This document shows positions 29,708 to 39,005 of a DNA stretch of 64,000 nt, piece after piece (positions within the stretch are counted from its first letter, which is position 1; each line of letters opens with the position of its first letter). This DNA comes from an uncultured Nautiliales bacterium (GTDB lineage: Bacteria > Campylobacterota > Campylobacteria > Campylobacterales > Nautiliaceae), in assembly GCA_964445785.1 (NCBI GenBank), contig CAYULY010000003.1, positions 4,084-68,083 of the forward strand, read 5' to 3'. The notes under the pieces are model-generated. The model was given only the letters and a program-made list of their open reading frames with translations. It made no database searches and was not told the DNA's origin. A program made the translations under genes and the position numbers.

Positions 29708-31874
29708 CTCTTTTTTTGCATTTGATACACTCATAAACTTCTTTCCCTCTATATATTCTTTTTGCCATTAAATATCCACACTCTTCGCATTTTTTGTTTA
29801 CCGGGCGATATTTTGAGATAAATTTACACTCCGGATAGTTACTACATCCGTAAAATTCCCCTCTTGGACCTTTTCTTTTAATTATATTACCTCCACACTC
29901 CGGACACTTCACATCTTCTATTACTTCAGGAGCGTTTAGGGGTTTTGTGTTTTTACATTCCGGGTAATTACTGCAAGCCAGAAACTCTCCCGTCTTGCCT
30001 CTTTTTACCACCATATCAGCTCCACATTTATCGCACTTTACGTCTACTTTTTTCTCCTCTTTTTCAATAGGACGCGTATATTTACACTTAGGATAAGTAC
30101 TACACGCGATAAACTCCCCATACCTTCCTTTTCTGATAACAAGAGGAGCCCCACACATAGGACACGTCTCGTCAATAGGCTTTGCCATTTTTTGAGAAGG
30201 TATCTCTTTTTCGCCCTTTTTAATAAGTTCCATAAAAGGATTATAAAACTCCCTTAACATCTCTTGCCAATCTTTTTTTCCATTTGCTATATTATCAAGC
30301 ATATCTTCCATATTGGCAGTAAAATTAGCATCCACAATATCCGGGAAATGCTTCTCAAGCACTTCTATTACGTTAAAGGCAATTTCTGTGGGATGAAGTT
30401 TTTTATCTTTAATTTCTACATAGTTTCTATTTTGAAGCAACGTAATAGTCGGTGCGTAAGTTGACGGTCTTCCGATACCCAGTGCTTCAAGTTTTTTAAT
30501 AAGACTGGCTTCTGTAAATCTCTCCGGTGGTTTTGTAAAGTGTTGAGTTGCTTTTATATCCTCCGGCTTTAACTTCTCACCCTCATTAAATTCAGGCAGC
30601 ATCGTATCGGCACTAACTTTTCCATACACTTTATAAAACCCGTCAAAAACAAGCTTTTTCCCACTTATTTTAAAATCGCCCTTATCGTTTGAAAGGTAAA
30701 TATTTTGGGTTTCAAATTTTGCATCTTTCATTTGAGAAGCTAGAAACCTGTTATAAATTAACGTATAAAGTTTCAGTTCGTCTTTAGTTAAATAATTTTT
30801 TAAATCACTAGGAGCTAACCTCACATCAACCGGTCTTATCGCCTCATGTGCTTCTTGAGCGTTTTTTGCTTTTTTATCGTATGTTTTAGCTTCTGCATAC
30901 TCACTTCCGATATTTTCTTTTATAAACTCAATCGCCGCTTCTCTTGCTTCTTTTGCGATATTTAAACTATCTGTTCTCATATAAGTAATAATCCCCGTCT
31001 CTCCGACTGGAGTTTTAACACCTTCGTATAGTTTTTGAGCTATTTGCATAGTGCGTCTTGGAGAAAACCCAAGCTCACTACTTGCCGATTGTTGAAGAGT
31101 AGAAGTCATAAAAGGAGCCGGAGATTTTGAAGTGGTAATTTTCTTTTCTATTTTACTTACCACATACTCAAGCGGCTTTAATTCATTTACGATTTTAAAA
31201 GCCTCTTCTTTATTCGGAATATCAAATTTCTCAAGCTTCTTACCGTTATATTTAATTAAGTTTCCTTCAACTTTTTTAAAAATACCCTCAATTGTCCAGT
31301 ATTCTTTCGGTTTAAACTCTTTTATTTCCCTCTCTCTATCAACCACCAGTTTAAGTGCAGCACTTTGAACCCTACCAGCACTTAAGCCTTTCTGAATTTT
31401 TTTATTAAGTAAAGGGGAGAGTTTATACCCCACAATCCTATCAAGAAGACGTCTGGCTTGCTGGGCGTTTACTCTGTTTATATCCAAAGTCCTAGGATTT
31501 TCAAGAGCTTTTTTAATTGCAGATTTCGTAATTTCGTGAAATACGATTCTTGGAAGTTCTTTAGGGTCTTTTCCTATTACGTGAGCGATATGAAAGCCTA
31601 TCGCCTCCCCTTCTCTATCTTCATCGGTCGCTATATAAACCACATCGGCTTTTTTGGCTTTTTCTTTCAGTTCTTTTGCAATTGCCTGGTGGTCCCTTGT
31701 TACACGGTATTGAGGAATAAATTTATCATCTTCTATTTTTATTCCGAAACTGCTCTTTGGCAAATCTCTAATATGTCCTTTACTTGCTATCACTTCATAC
31801 TCATTACCCAAAAAGTTTTTAATTGTCCTAGCTTTTGCCGGAGACTCAACAATTATTAATTTTTTTCCCAACAC
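29691..31874 (-). CDS. topA: DNA topoisomerase I
   Basis: IVESPAK, ATDEDREGE, SAGRVQS, ITYMRTD, GIGRPST, C-terminal zinc ribbons. Confidence 0.98.
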   Translation of the reverse strand: MLGKKLIIVESPAKARTIKNFLGNEYEVIASKGHIRDLPKSSFGIKIEDDKFIPQYRVTRDHQAIAKELKEKAKKADVVYIATDEDREGEAIGFHIAHVIGKDPKELPRIVFHEITKSAIKKALENPRTLDINRVNAQQARRLLDRIVGYKLSPLLNKKIQKGLSAGRVQSAALKLVVDREREIKEFKPKEYWTIEGIFKKVEGNLIKYNGKKLEKFDIPNKEEAFKIVNELKPLEYVVSKIEKKITTSKSPAPFMTSTLQQSASSELGFSPRRTMQIAQKLYEGVKTPVGETGIITYMRTDSLNIAKEAREAAIEFIKENIGSEYAEAKTYDKKAKNAQEAHEAIRPVDVRLAPSDLKNYLTKDELKLYTLIYNRFLASQMKDAKFETQNIYLSNDKGDFKISGKKLVFDGFYKVYGKVSADTMLPEFNEGEKLKPEDIKATQHFTKPPERFTEASLIKKLEALGIGRPSTYAPTITLLQNRNYVEIKDKKLHPTEIAFNVIEVLEKHFPDIVDANFTANMEDMLDNIANGKKDWQEMLREFYNPFMELIKKGEKEIPSQKMAKPIDETCPMCGAPLVIRKGRYGEFIACSTYPKCKYTRPIEKEEKKVDVKCDKCGADMVVKRGKTGEFLACSNYPECKNTKPLNAPEVIEDVKCPECGGNIIKRKGPRGEFYGCSNYPECKFISKYRPVNKKCEECGYLMAKRIYRGKEVYECIKCKKRVEATK

Positions 31875-31955
31875 ATAAACCTTTTTTTGCCGGTATTATA
31901 TCAAAGATAGAAAAATATAAAAATTTTTTATATAATATTAGAAAAAAGGATTAGG

Positions 31956-33959
31956 TTGAATATTTTCAAAAATAAAAAACTATTAATGTTTATTATTTCA
32001 ATGCAAGAAGCTTTTATAGCAATAATTCCTTATTTCGTTTTAATAGGATTACTGGTATTAACGGATAATATTGTTAACTATTTCAAAATAGACTTATTAG
32101 CTTCCCCTAAAAGCGTTCACCATTTTACCGTACTTATGCAACTATTATCGTCTATAATACCCGTCATTTCCATTTCATACTTTTTAGCTAAAAGAATAAA
32201 AATATCCGAAATAATCTCAATATTATTAGCTATAACAACTTATATAGCGGGAATTATTTACGAATACGCTCCCAATAACTTTACCAATTTTCCTATAGGT
32301 TTTACCGTTCAATCCATTACGATACCGATAATCTCAACTTATTTTTTAAAAATTTTATATCCGTTTTTTTCTTTAAAATTAGAAATAAAAGATGGTAAAA
32401 CTCATGCTTATAGACTATTTAATTATCTGATAGTATTTTTCATAGCCTTTTTAATTTCAATCACATTTTACATAGTAATAGATTATATTATGGATATAAC
32501 TATTGCAAAACTAAACCCGTTTAATTTACATCTGCCGGATATATTTTTATTAATAATTCGAAATATAATGGTTCAAATTTTTTGGTTTTTCGGTATACAT
32601 GGAGAGCATATGGTAAACGCCTTATTCGGTAAGGAGATTTTATTTAAAACGATAATGCCGAATTTAACATACGGTGAATTTCAATCAATCTTCGTAAATA
32701 TAGGAGGTGCTGGAGTAGGACTTGCACTATTATTAGCTCTTTTATTAAGTACAAAAGATAAAATCATTAAAAAAATAACTTATATTTCAGCCCCATTCGC
32801 AATTTTTAATATAGACAATATTTTAATATTCTTATCCGTCGTTTTTAATAGATTTATGTTTATTCCTTTCGTGTTGACTCCAGTTTTAAACGTATTATTA
32901 GCTTATTTAGCTTTGAATATAATGACCATTCACTTCTTATCTCCTAATTTCGAAAACTATTATATAGTTTGGTCAACTCCCGTTTTTGTAGACTCTTATC
33001 TTAAAACTCATTCTTTAATTCCAAGCTTTATTCAATTGACTCTTCTTATAATAGATACGACTATTTATTATTACTTTTTAAAAAGATTTTTTAAATATCA
33101 ATCTCTTAATAACCACCAAGCTATATTAGAACATAATCTTGAAATAGATACCGAAATAAAAGCTTCATCCGATATAAAAGCTTTTCAAGCCAATTTGGAT
33201 ATCATAGATGCAAACGCAAAAGTAAATGAAATTATTAACAAATTAAACAAAGACAACCTCTTAATCCATTATCAACCTAAAGTAAATATAAAACAAAATA
33301 AAATAGAAAAATTTGAAGCTCTTTTAAGATACAACGACAAAGGAAAAATAAAAGGACCTTTCTTCTTAGATATAATAGAAAAAGCTGGATTGGCTCCTAT
33401 TATAGATATTTGGGTATGCAAACAAATTAAAAACGAATTAAAAGAGTTTAAAAAAGAAATGTCTCCTATCATAAGTATCAATCTTCATCCGGATACTTTA
33501 AAAAGTAATAATGCAATTAATAAAATTTTACAAATATTAAGAGGAGAAAATATAATATTCGAAATTATAGAAAGAAGTTTTATAGATAAAAATGCAATTT
33601 CTAATATAAACAAAATAAAAAAAGCGGGTTATAAACTCTCAATAGACGACTACGGAGTGGGATACTCTTCCTTAGAAACTTTAATAAAACAAGATATAGA
33701 CGAATTAAAACTCGACAAATCAATCATAAACGAAATAGAAAACAAAAAAGGATATTTAATATGTAAAAACACCGTTAATTTATGTAAAGAACTTAATATA
33801 GAAGTAGTAGCGGAAGGAGTGGAAAATAAAAATCAACTGGAAATAATAAAAAATCTTAATATCGATTTGGTTCAAGGATTTTTATTTTCAAAAGGTATTT
33901 CCTTAAAAGAAGCTGTAAAATTTGCAAAAGAATTTGAATTAAAAAATTTTGTTAAATAA
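31956..33959 (+). CDS. PTS EIIC-like membrane domain fused to EAL c-di-GMP phosphodiesterase
   Basis: N-terminal Lac/Cel-type IIC motifs (FWFFGIHG, IGGAG, FNI, WSTP); C-terminal YQPK, EALLR, EIIE, DDYGVGYSS, KLDKS, AEGVE, QGFLF. Confidence 0.88.
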   Translation: MNIFKNKKLLMFIISMQEAFIAIIPYFVLIGLLVLTDNIVNYFKIDLLASPKSVHHFTVLMQLLSSIIPVISISYFLAKRIKISEIISILLAITTYIAGIIYEYAPNNFTNFPIGFTVQSITIPIISTYFLKILYPFFSLKLEIKDGKTHAYRLFNYLIVFFIAFLISITFYIVIDYIMDITIAKLNPFNLHLPDIFLLIIRNIMVQIFWFFGIHGEHMVNALFGKEILFKTIMPNLTYGEFQSIFVNIGGAGVGLALLLALLLSTKDKIIKKITYISAPFAIFNIDNILIFLSVVFNRFMFIPFVLTPVLNVLLAYLALNIMTIHFLSPNFENYYIVWSTPVFVDSYLKTHSLIPSFIQLTLLIIDTTIYYYFLKRFFKYQSLNNHQAILEHNLEIDTEIKASSDIKAFQANLDIIDANAKVNEIINKLNKDNLLIHYQPKVNIKQNKIEKFEALLRYNDKGKIKGPFFLDIIEKAGLAPIIDIWVCKQIKNELKEFKKEMSPIISINLHPDTLKSNNAINKILQILRGENIIFEIIERSFIDKNAISNINKIKKAGYKLSIDDYGVGYSSLETLIKQDIDELKLDKSIINEIENKKGYLICKNTVNLCKELNIEVVAEGVENKNQLEIIKNLNIDLVQGFLFSKGISLKEAVKFAKEFELKNFVK

Positions 33960-34122
33960 TTTATAAACCGTTTTCAAATAAAGCTCACTCGTTAATAATA
34001 AATTTTAGATTTAAAAATATCTGAAATAAACTCTCCAAGGGCAATAGCTACAATACCTTTTATCAAAGCCCTAACCGGCTCGAACTCTTTAAATATCAGT
34101 CAATATACCAAAATAAAAACAT

Positions 34123-34140
34123 AAGCCCAAAAACGGGCTT
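34123..34140. terminator. hairpin, possible intrinsic terminator
   Basis: AAGCCC-AAAAAC-GGGCTT. Confidence 0.4.
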
Positions 34141-34263
34141 TAATGCACCTAGAGAAGTTTATCAGTTTATTATGGGGCTAATGCTTTTATAGAAAGTTTG
34201 GATGCTTATTATAAAAAGTTTGATTATATTTATTTAAATCAAAATTTAATAAAAAGGACTCAA

Positions 34264-34475
34264 ATGAAACAAAAATAAGGCTTAATTATAGAAGAAGCTA
34301 AAAAATACTGGGAAAAATTGGAACATATGACAAAATGATTGAATGTTTAGAAAAGAAAAATTATAAAAATACTTCATCCATGCTTAAAGGTTTAACATTA
34401 GACGAAATTGGATATATTTTAGGTGTGACAAGAGAAAGAGTCAGGCAGTTGCACGAACAAGCAGTAAAAAAATAA
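34264..34475 (+). pseudogene. sigma70 region-4 HTH protein pseudogene (mobile-element type)
   Basis: AAGGA RBS plus ATG at 34264, in-frame TAA at codon 5, then a frameshift; 34335-34475 reads ...GLTLDEIGYILGVTRERVRQLHEQAVKK*. Confidence 0.75.
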
Positions 34476-34648
34476 AAAAAGGTATTATCGAAGGTATTAT
34501 CGTTAGACGAAATTTAAAAGATTTTTTATAAAATATAAATTTATTTAAAAACTGTCAGTTAAATTATCAGTAAAAATCCACCAAAAACGACTGACACTTA
34601 CCTCGTACATTTTTAAAAGATACCAAATTCGCGGAATTTTTGAAGTAA

Positions 34649-34738
34649 TGGCGGAGAGGGCGGGATTCGAACCCGCGGAGGCCTTACGACCTCAACGGCT
34701 TTCAAGGCCGCCGGTTTCAACCACTCACCCACCTCTCC
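34649..34738 (-). tRNA. tRNA-Ser (TGA)
   Basis: GGAGAGG acceptor stem, CTTGAAA anticodon loop, long variable arm, TTCGAA T-loop, encoded CCA. Confidence 0.97.
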
Positions 34739-34775
34739 ATTTAAAAATCTGATAAACAGAGTTTATTTGAGGAAA

Positions 34776-34863
34776 TGGTGCCCGGGGCCGGACTCGAACC
34801 GGCACGGGAAAAACTCCCGAGGGATTTTAAGTCCCTTGCGTCTACCAATTCCGCCACCCGGGC
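34776..34863 (-). tRNA. tRNA-Leu (TAA)
   Basis: GCCCGGG acceptor stem, CTTAAAA anticodon loop, variable arm, encoded CCA. Confidence 0.97.
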
Positions 34864-34875
34864 TTGTGAGATGAA

Positions 34876-34884
34876 AGTATATCA
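34876..34884 (-). promoter_or_regulatory. extended -10 promoter inside the tRNA cluster (upstream of tRNA-Leu)
   Basis: TGaTATACT on the minus strand, preceded by phased TTTAAG/T-tracts typical of Campylobacterota sigma70 promoters. Confidence 0.55.
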
Positions 34885-34908
34885 AAAAAATCTTAAAATT
34901 TACTTAAA

Positions 34909-34983
34909 TGGAGGCGCCACCCGGATTCGAACCGGGGATCAGGGCTTTGCAGGCCCCTGCCTTAGCCACTTGGCTATGGCGCC
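34909..34983 (-). tRNA. tRNA-Cys (GCA)
   Basis: GGCGCCA acceptor stem, CTGCAAA anticodon loop, U73 discriminator, CCA. Confidence 0.97.
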
Positions 34984-34985
34984 AA

Positions 34986-35062
34986 TGGAGCGGGCTACGG
35001 GACTCGAACCCGCGACCTCCACCTTGGCAAGGTGGCGCTCTAGCCAACTGAGCTAAGCCCGC
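34986..35062 (-). tRNA. tRNA-Gly (GCC)
   Basis: GCGGGCT acceptor stem, TTGCCAA anticodon loop, GTTCGAG T-loop, TCCA end. Confidence 0.97.
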
Positions 35063-35074
35063 AAACAGATTAGA

Positions 35075-35080
35075 ATTATA
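35075..35080 (-). promoter_or_regulatory. -10 box of the tRNA operon
   Basis: TATAAT on the minus strand 12 nt upstream of tRNA-Gly, with upstream T-tracts. Confidence 0.6.
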
Positions 35081-35130
35081 TACAAAAATTATTTAAAATG
35101 CAATATAAAAAACCTAAAAAGGCTTAAAAT

Positions 35131-36315
35131 TTAATAAATAATTACTTTTACCTTTTCGCCTTTCTTTAATTTATAAAGTCCTTCTCGTAATTGCATAAGA
35201 GCTCTATTGTTTATAAGATTTGTTAAAATTCCGCTGCTACCTTGTTTTTTAGCTTGTGTGTCTACAAAATACTCTCCGTTTTCATAATATAAATTTACGG
35301 CTACAAACTGGGTTTTTTTGAATTTTTTTTCAAAGTCTTCTTTTAAAGTAGCCGTTATCGTTTGAAGAGAAGTTTTATTTTCAAACGTATCTGCAATAGG
35401 CACTACATATAATAAAAACGTTACAAAACTGCTATAAGGAAATCCGGGCAGTGAAACTATGTATTTATTGTTTGCTTTTGCTACCATAATCCATTGACCG
35501 GGTTTTATATTTACTCCGTGAAAAAGTACTTCAAACTCTCCCGTAATCTCTTTTACAAAATCAAAATCCCCAACACTCACACCACCGGTTGTTACTACGA
35601 TATCACTATTTTCTAAAGCGTTTAGAATTTTGGATTTTATCTCTTGTTTGTTATCTTTTGCTATGCCTAAATTTAGAGTATGATATCCTAAATAACTGCT
35701 AAGTGCACTTAAAGTATAATTATTCGAGCTTCTGATTTGTCCCATTTGGTACTCTTCATCCAAATCCACAATCTCTTCGCCGGTGGCTAAAATAGATATT
35801 ATAGGTTTTTTTACAACATCCACAACCGGTATCCCTAAAGAAGCTAAAACTCCTATCTCTCCCGGTCTTAGAAGAGTTCCTTTTTTAATTAGCGTTTCAT
35901 CTTTTTTAAAGTCTTCTCCCACTTCCCTTACCGAAAATCCTTTAGGGACTTTTTCCTTAATTATAAGTTTGTCGCCTTTAACTTCGACGTTTTCTATAGG
36001 TACCAGCGTATCACTGTTTTTTGGCATAAAACTTCCAGTATACGTTTTGACAGCTTCCCTTTTTTGAATAGTTGTATATTCAAATTTTCCGGCCGGATTT
36101 TTACCTATAATTTTTATTTCCTTATCGATATCCTCATATCTAATTGCATATCCGTCCATTGAAGCCGTAGGCATATAAGGATTATTATATTTAGCTTTTA
36201 TATCTTTTGCAAGCACTCTATTTAAGGCGTTTTGGATAAACAGTTTTTCGTTGTCTTTAGGGGATGGTAGATTTTTATTTAATATTTTTATAGATTCTTC
36301 AAAACTTATATGCAT
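35131..36315 (-). CDS. moeA: molybdopterin molybdotransferase MoeA
   Basis: ASMDGYA, TGEE, SNN, TTGGVSVGDFD, IKPG, LPGFP; ATG at 36315 with AAGGAG RBS. Confidence 0.95.
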   Translation of the reverse strand: MHISFEESIKILNKNLPSPKDNEKLFIQNALNRVLAKDIKAKYNNPYMPTASMDGYAIRYEDIDKEIKIIGKNPAGKFEYTTIQKREAVKTYTGSFMPKNSDTLVPIENVEVKGDKLIIKEKVPKGFSVREVGEDFKKDETLIKKGTLLRPGEIGVLASLGIPVVDVVKKPIISILATGEEIVDLDEEYQMGQIRSSNNYTLSALSSYLGYHTLNLGIAKDNKQEIKSKILNALENSDIVVTTGGVSVGDFDFVKEITGEFEVLFHGVNIKPGQWIMVAKANNKYIVSLPGFPYSSFVTFLLYVVPIADTFENKTSLQTITATLKEDFEKKFKKTQFVAVNLYYENGEYFVDTQAKKQGSSGILTNLINNRALMQLREGLYKLKKGEKVKVIIY

Positions 36316-36325
36316 ATTCTCTCCT

Positions 36326-36754
36326 TTAGCTAAGTATCCCGGCACCCGGTAGTTTTTTTGCTCTGTCACTCGCAAAAATTCTTTTGCCATTTTTTATGTC
36401 GTATTTCCAGATAGGGGCGTTCGCTTTGAAATCTTCCACAAACTCCTCTAAATATTTAAACCCCTCTTGTCTGTGAGTGGTAAATACTGCACATAAAAAA
36501 CTGCTTTCTCCTACTTTTACATCCGAAAAGCTATGAGCCATTACGATTCTGGCGTCTTTTAAATTTTTCCATTTACTAAACCATTCGTTTAGCATAGGTA
36601 AGTATAAATCAAAACTCAACCCATCTATACCGTTATCGGGTCTTACTATTCCTATAAAAGGAATCATAGCCCCATATCCTTGTAGTTTAAACTCTTCATA
36701 CCATCTATCAAGTGTTGAAATTACCGGTATTCCCCCTTTGAATACTTCTATCAT
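36326..36754 (-). CDS. moaE: molybdopterin synthase catalytic subunit
   Basis: GA.IPF.G.VR, HR, FKANAPIWK. Confidence 0.93.
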   Translation of the reverse strand: MIEVFKGGIPVISTLDRWYEEFKLQGYGAMIPFIGIVRPDNGIDGLSFDLYLPMLNEWFSKWKNLKDARIVMAHSFSDVKVGESSFLCAVFTTHRQEGFKYLEEFVEDFKANAPIWKYDIKNGKRIFASDRAKKLPGAGILS

Positions 36755-36763
36755 AACTTCTCC

Positions 36764-36985
36764 TTATCCACCACATACCGGTGGTAAAATTACAACTTTA
36801 TCTCCCTCTTTTAAAGTTACATCAAGGGATGTTACGATTTTATCGTTTACTGCCACTGCACATTCTTTTAACCACTCTTTAAGTGATTCGTCTTTGTTTA
36901 GTTCCTCTTTTAACTCTTTTAGGGTGTTTACTTTCAGTTTTAGAGGTCTTTTCCCTATAGGACCTAAAAATTCCACTATAACCAT
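36764..36985 (-). CDS. moaD: molybdopterin synthase sulfur carrier subunit
   Basis: 73 aa ubiquitin-like, AVAVN, C-terminal PPVCGG. Confidence 0.93.
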   Translation of the reverse strand: MVIVEFLGPIGKRPLKLKVNTLKELKEELNKDESLKEWLKECAVAVNDKIVTSLDVTLKEGDKVVILPPVCGG

Positions 36986-37025
36986 TTTTTTCCTTTATGA
37001 TAAAATTCCAACTAAAAAGGCTTTT

Positions 37026-37664
37026 ATGAGAATCGGTCATATTAAATATCTAAACCTTTTGCCATTTTACCAATTTTTGAAGAAAAAAGGGATTAAAACA
37101 AAAAGTGCTTATCCTGCTATTGTAAATAAATGGTTCTGTCAAAAAAAAATAGACGCCGCTTTTATATCTTCTATCAAGGCTAAAAATAAAAGATGTTTTG
37201 ATATAGGTATTGTAGCCAAAAAGCAGGTAAAAAGTGTTTTGGTATGTCCGGGAAGAGGCGAGGATATAGAATCTGCAACTTCAAACGTTCTTGCTAAGAT
37301 TTTAAAAATAGACGGTAAAGTAGTTATAGGAGATAAGGCTTTTAAAGAAAAAAACTGCATAGATTTAGCAGCTATTTGGTATAAAAAATACAAACTTCCT
37401 TTTGTATTCGCTCTTTTTTGTGTAAACAAAGATTATAAAAAGTACAAAAAACTGATTTTCGAATTTACTTTTAAAAAACAGAAAATCCCTTATTCGGTGC
37501 TTAAAAAACACGCCGAAAAAATAGGAATTTCCCCAAAAGAAGCAAAAGAGTATCTGGATAAAATTATTTACTATAAGCTGGGCTGGAGAGAAAAAAAAGC
37601 CTTAAAATTGTTTTGGAGAAAAGCCGATGAATTTGCTAGAAATAGAAAAACTGCCTCCTGTTGA
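37026..37664 (+). CDS. mqnA: chorismate dehydratase MqnA (futalosine pathway)
   Basis: Real start MRIGHIKYLNLLPF at 37026; PA..N, SATS, VIGDKA, DLA..W, LPFVFA. Confidence 0.88.
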   Translation: MRIGHIKYLNLLPFYQFLKKKGIKTKSAYPAIVNKWFCQKKIDAAFISSIKAKNKRCFDIGIVAKKQVKSVLVCPGRGEDIESATSNVLAKILKIDGKVVIGDKAFKEKNCIDLAAIWYKKYKLPFVFALFCVNKDYKKYKKLIFEFTFKKQKIPYSVLKKHAEKIGISPKEAKEYLDKIIYYKLGWREKKALKLFWRKADEFARNRKTASC

Positions 37665-37938
37665 CAGTGAGGATTTTATAACTTTAATCAAACACAAAAA
37701 CGTAACTGTAAAAAAGATAGTCTCAAACACTCTAAAAACTCCTCAAACCTTTTGTGATAAAAAGGACGAATTCGTAGTACTTCTTAAAGGTTGTGCGAAA
37801 ATAAAGATAAACGAAGAGATAAAAAAACTAAAAACGGGAGATTGGCTTTTTATTCCGGCAAACACTCCCCATACTTTGTTAAAAACCAAAAAAACAGCAA
37901 TTTGGCTTGCTATTTATATAGATATTTATATAGAATAA
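37627..37938 (+). CDS. cupin domain protein
   Basis: DEFVVLLKG, GDWLFIPANTPH, WLAI. Confidence 0.85.
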   Translation: MNLLEIEKLPPVDSEDFITLIKHKNVTVKKIVSNTLKTPQTFCDKKDEFVVLLKGCAKIKINEEIKKLKTGDWLFIPANTPHTLLKTKKTAIWLAIYIDIYIE

Positions 37939-39002
37939 ACTTTTTTTATATTTTCAAGTTTTCTTGTCATATTCAAAAGCAACATATCAGCAACCACAAC
38001 TGCCGCCATTGCTTCTGTTACGACACTTCCTCTAACTGCAACAATAGGGTCGTGACGCCCTTTTAGGTTTACTTCTACTTCATTTCCGTAAACATCAACA
38101 GATTTTTGAGGTTTAAATATTGACGGAGTCGGTTTAAAGAAAATTTCAACTTCCACATCTTCTGCGTTACTTATTCCACCAAGCACTCCACCTGCGTTAT
38201 TACTTAAAAATCCGTCTTTGCTAATCTCATCATTGTTTTCAAGCCCTGTAAGCTTGTGAGCGTTTGAATTACCTATATAAATACCTTTTACTGCATTAAT
38301 ACTAACCATTGCACTTGCTAAGATATTATCAAGTTTATAATAAATCGGCTCACCAAGCCCAATTGGAAGGTTTTTTATCCTAAGCTTTACAACCCCTCCA
38401 AGAGAGTTATGCTCCTCTCTTGCTTTATCTATTAGATTAATCCACTCTTTCTCTACATCTTTATCAAAAGCAAAAATAGGAGAAGTTTTAGCATATTCAT
38501 AATCTATCTCTTTTGCTCTAACTCCTCCTATTTCAACTACTCCCGATTCAATTTCAATATTAAGCTCTCTTAAAAGCATCTTAGCAACTGCCCCGGCCGC
38601 TACTCTTGCCGCCGTCTCTCTTGCAGAGCTTCTACCTCCTCCTCTATAATCTCTTATGCCGTATTTATGAAAATAAGTAAAATCGGCATGCCCCGGGCGA
38701 AAAATATCTTTTATATTTGAATAATCGCGAGAGCGTTGATCTTTATTAAAAATTACGATAGAAATCGGAGTCCCGGTTGTTTTCCCCTCAAACACCCCAC
38801 TTAAAATTTCCGGTAGGTCATCTTCTTTTCTTTGAGTTGCAAATCTATTTTTTCCGGGTTTTCTTCTTGAAAGTTCCTTTTTTAAAAATTCTTCATCAAA
38901 CTCAATCCCAGCCGGTACTCCATCTACAACAACACCAATTGCTCTTCCGTGCGATTCTCCAAAAGTAGTAAATCTAAAAATCTCTCCAAAACTATTAAAC
39001 AT
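37926..39002 (-). CDS. aroC: chorismate synthase
   Basis: TFGESHG, RPGHAD, GGGRSSARET, GGISN, KPTPS, GRHDP. Confidence 0.98.
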   Translation of the reverse strand: MFNSFGEIFRFTTFGESHGRAIGVVVDGVPAGIEFDEEFLKKELSRRKPGKNRFATQRKEDDLPEILSGVFEGKTTGTPISIVIFNKDQRSRDYSNIKDIFRPGHADFTYFHKYGIRDYRGGGRSSARETAARVAAGAVAKMLLRELNIEIESGVVEIGGVRAKEIDYEYAKTSPIFAFDKDVEKEWINLIDKAREEHNSLGGVVKLRIKNLPIGLGEPIYYKLDNILASAMVSINAVKGIYIGNSNAHKLTGLENNDEISKDGFLSNNAGGVLGGISNAEDVEVEIFFKPTPSIFKPQKSVDVYGNEVEVNLKGRHDPIVAVRGSVVTEAMAAVVVADMLLLNMTRKLENIKKVYSI

Positions 39003-39005
39003 TAA

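Noticed and set aside
31875-34648. Possible intact genomic island between topA and tRNA-Ser
   Set aside because: I found no integrase and no duplicated tRNA 3' end (att repeat), so it is reported only as a remnant
34775-35056. 93-aa plus-strand ORF
   Set aside because: It is the antisense read-through of the tRNA-Leu/Cys/Gly genes, a classic spurious ORF
36316-36390. N-terminal extension of MoeA in the ORF track
   Set aside because: It overlaps moaE; a good RBS precedes ATG 36315
36738-37025. N-terminal 96 codons of the 308-aa ORF
   Set aside because: They overlap moaD on the opposite strand; MqnA similarity begins at ATG 37026
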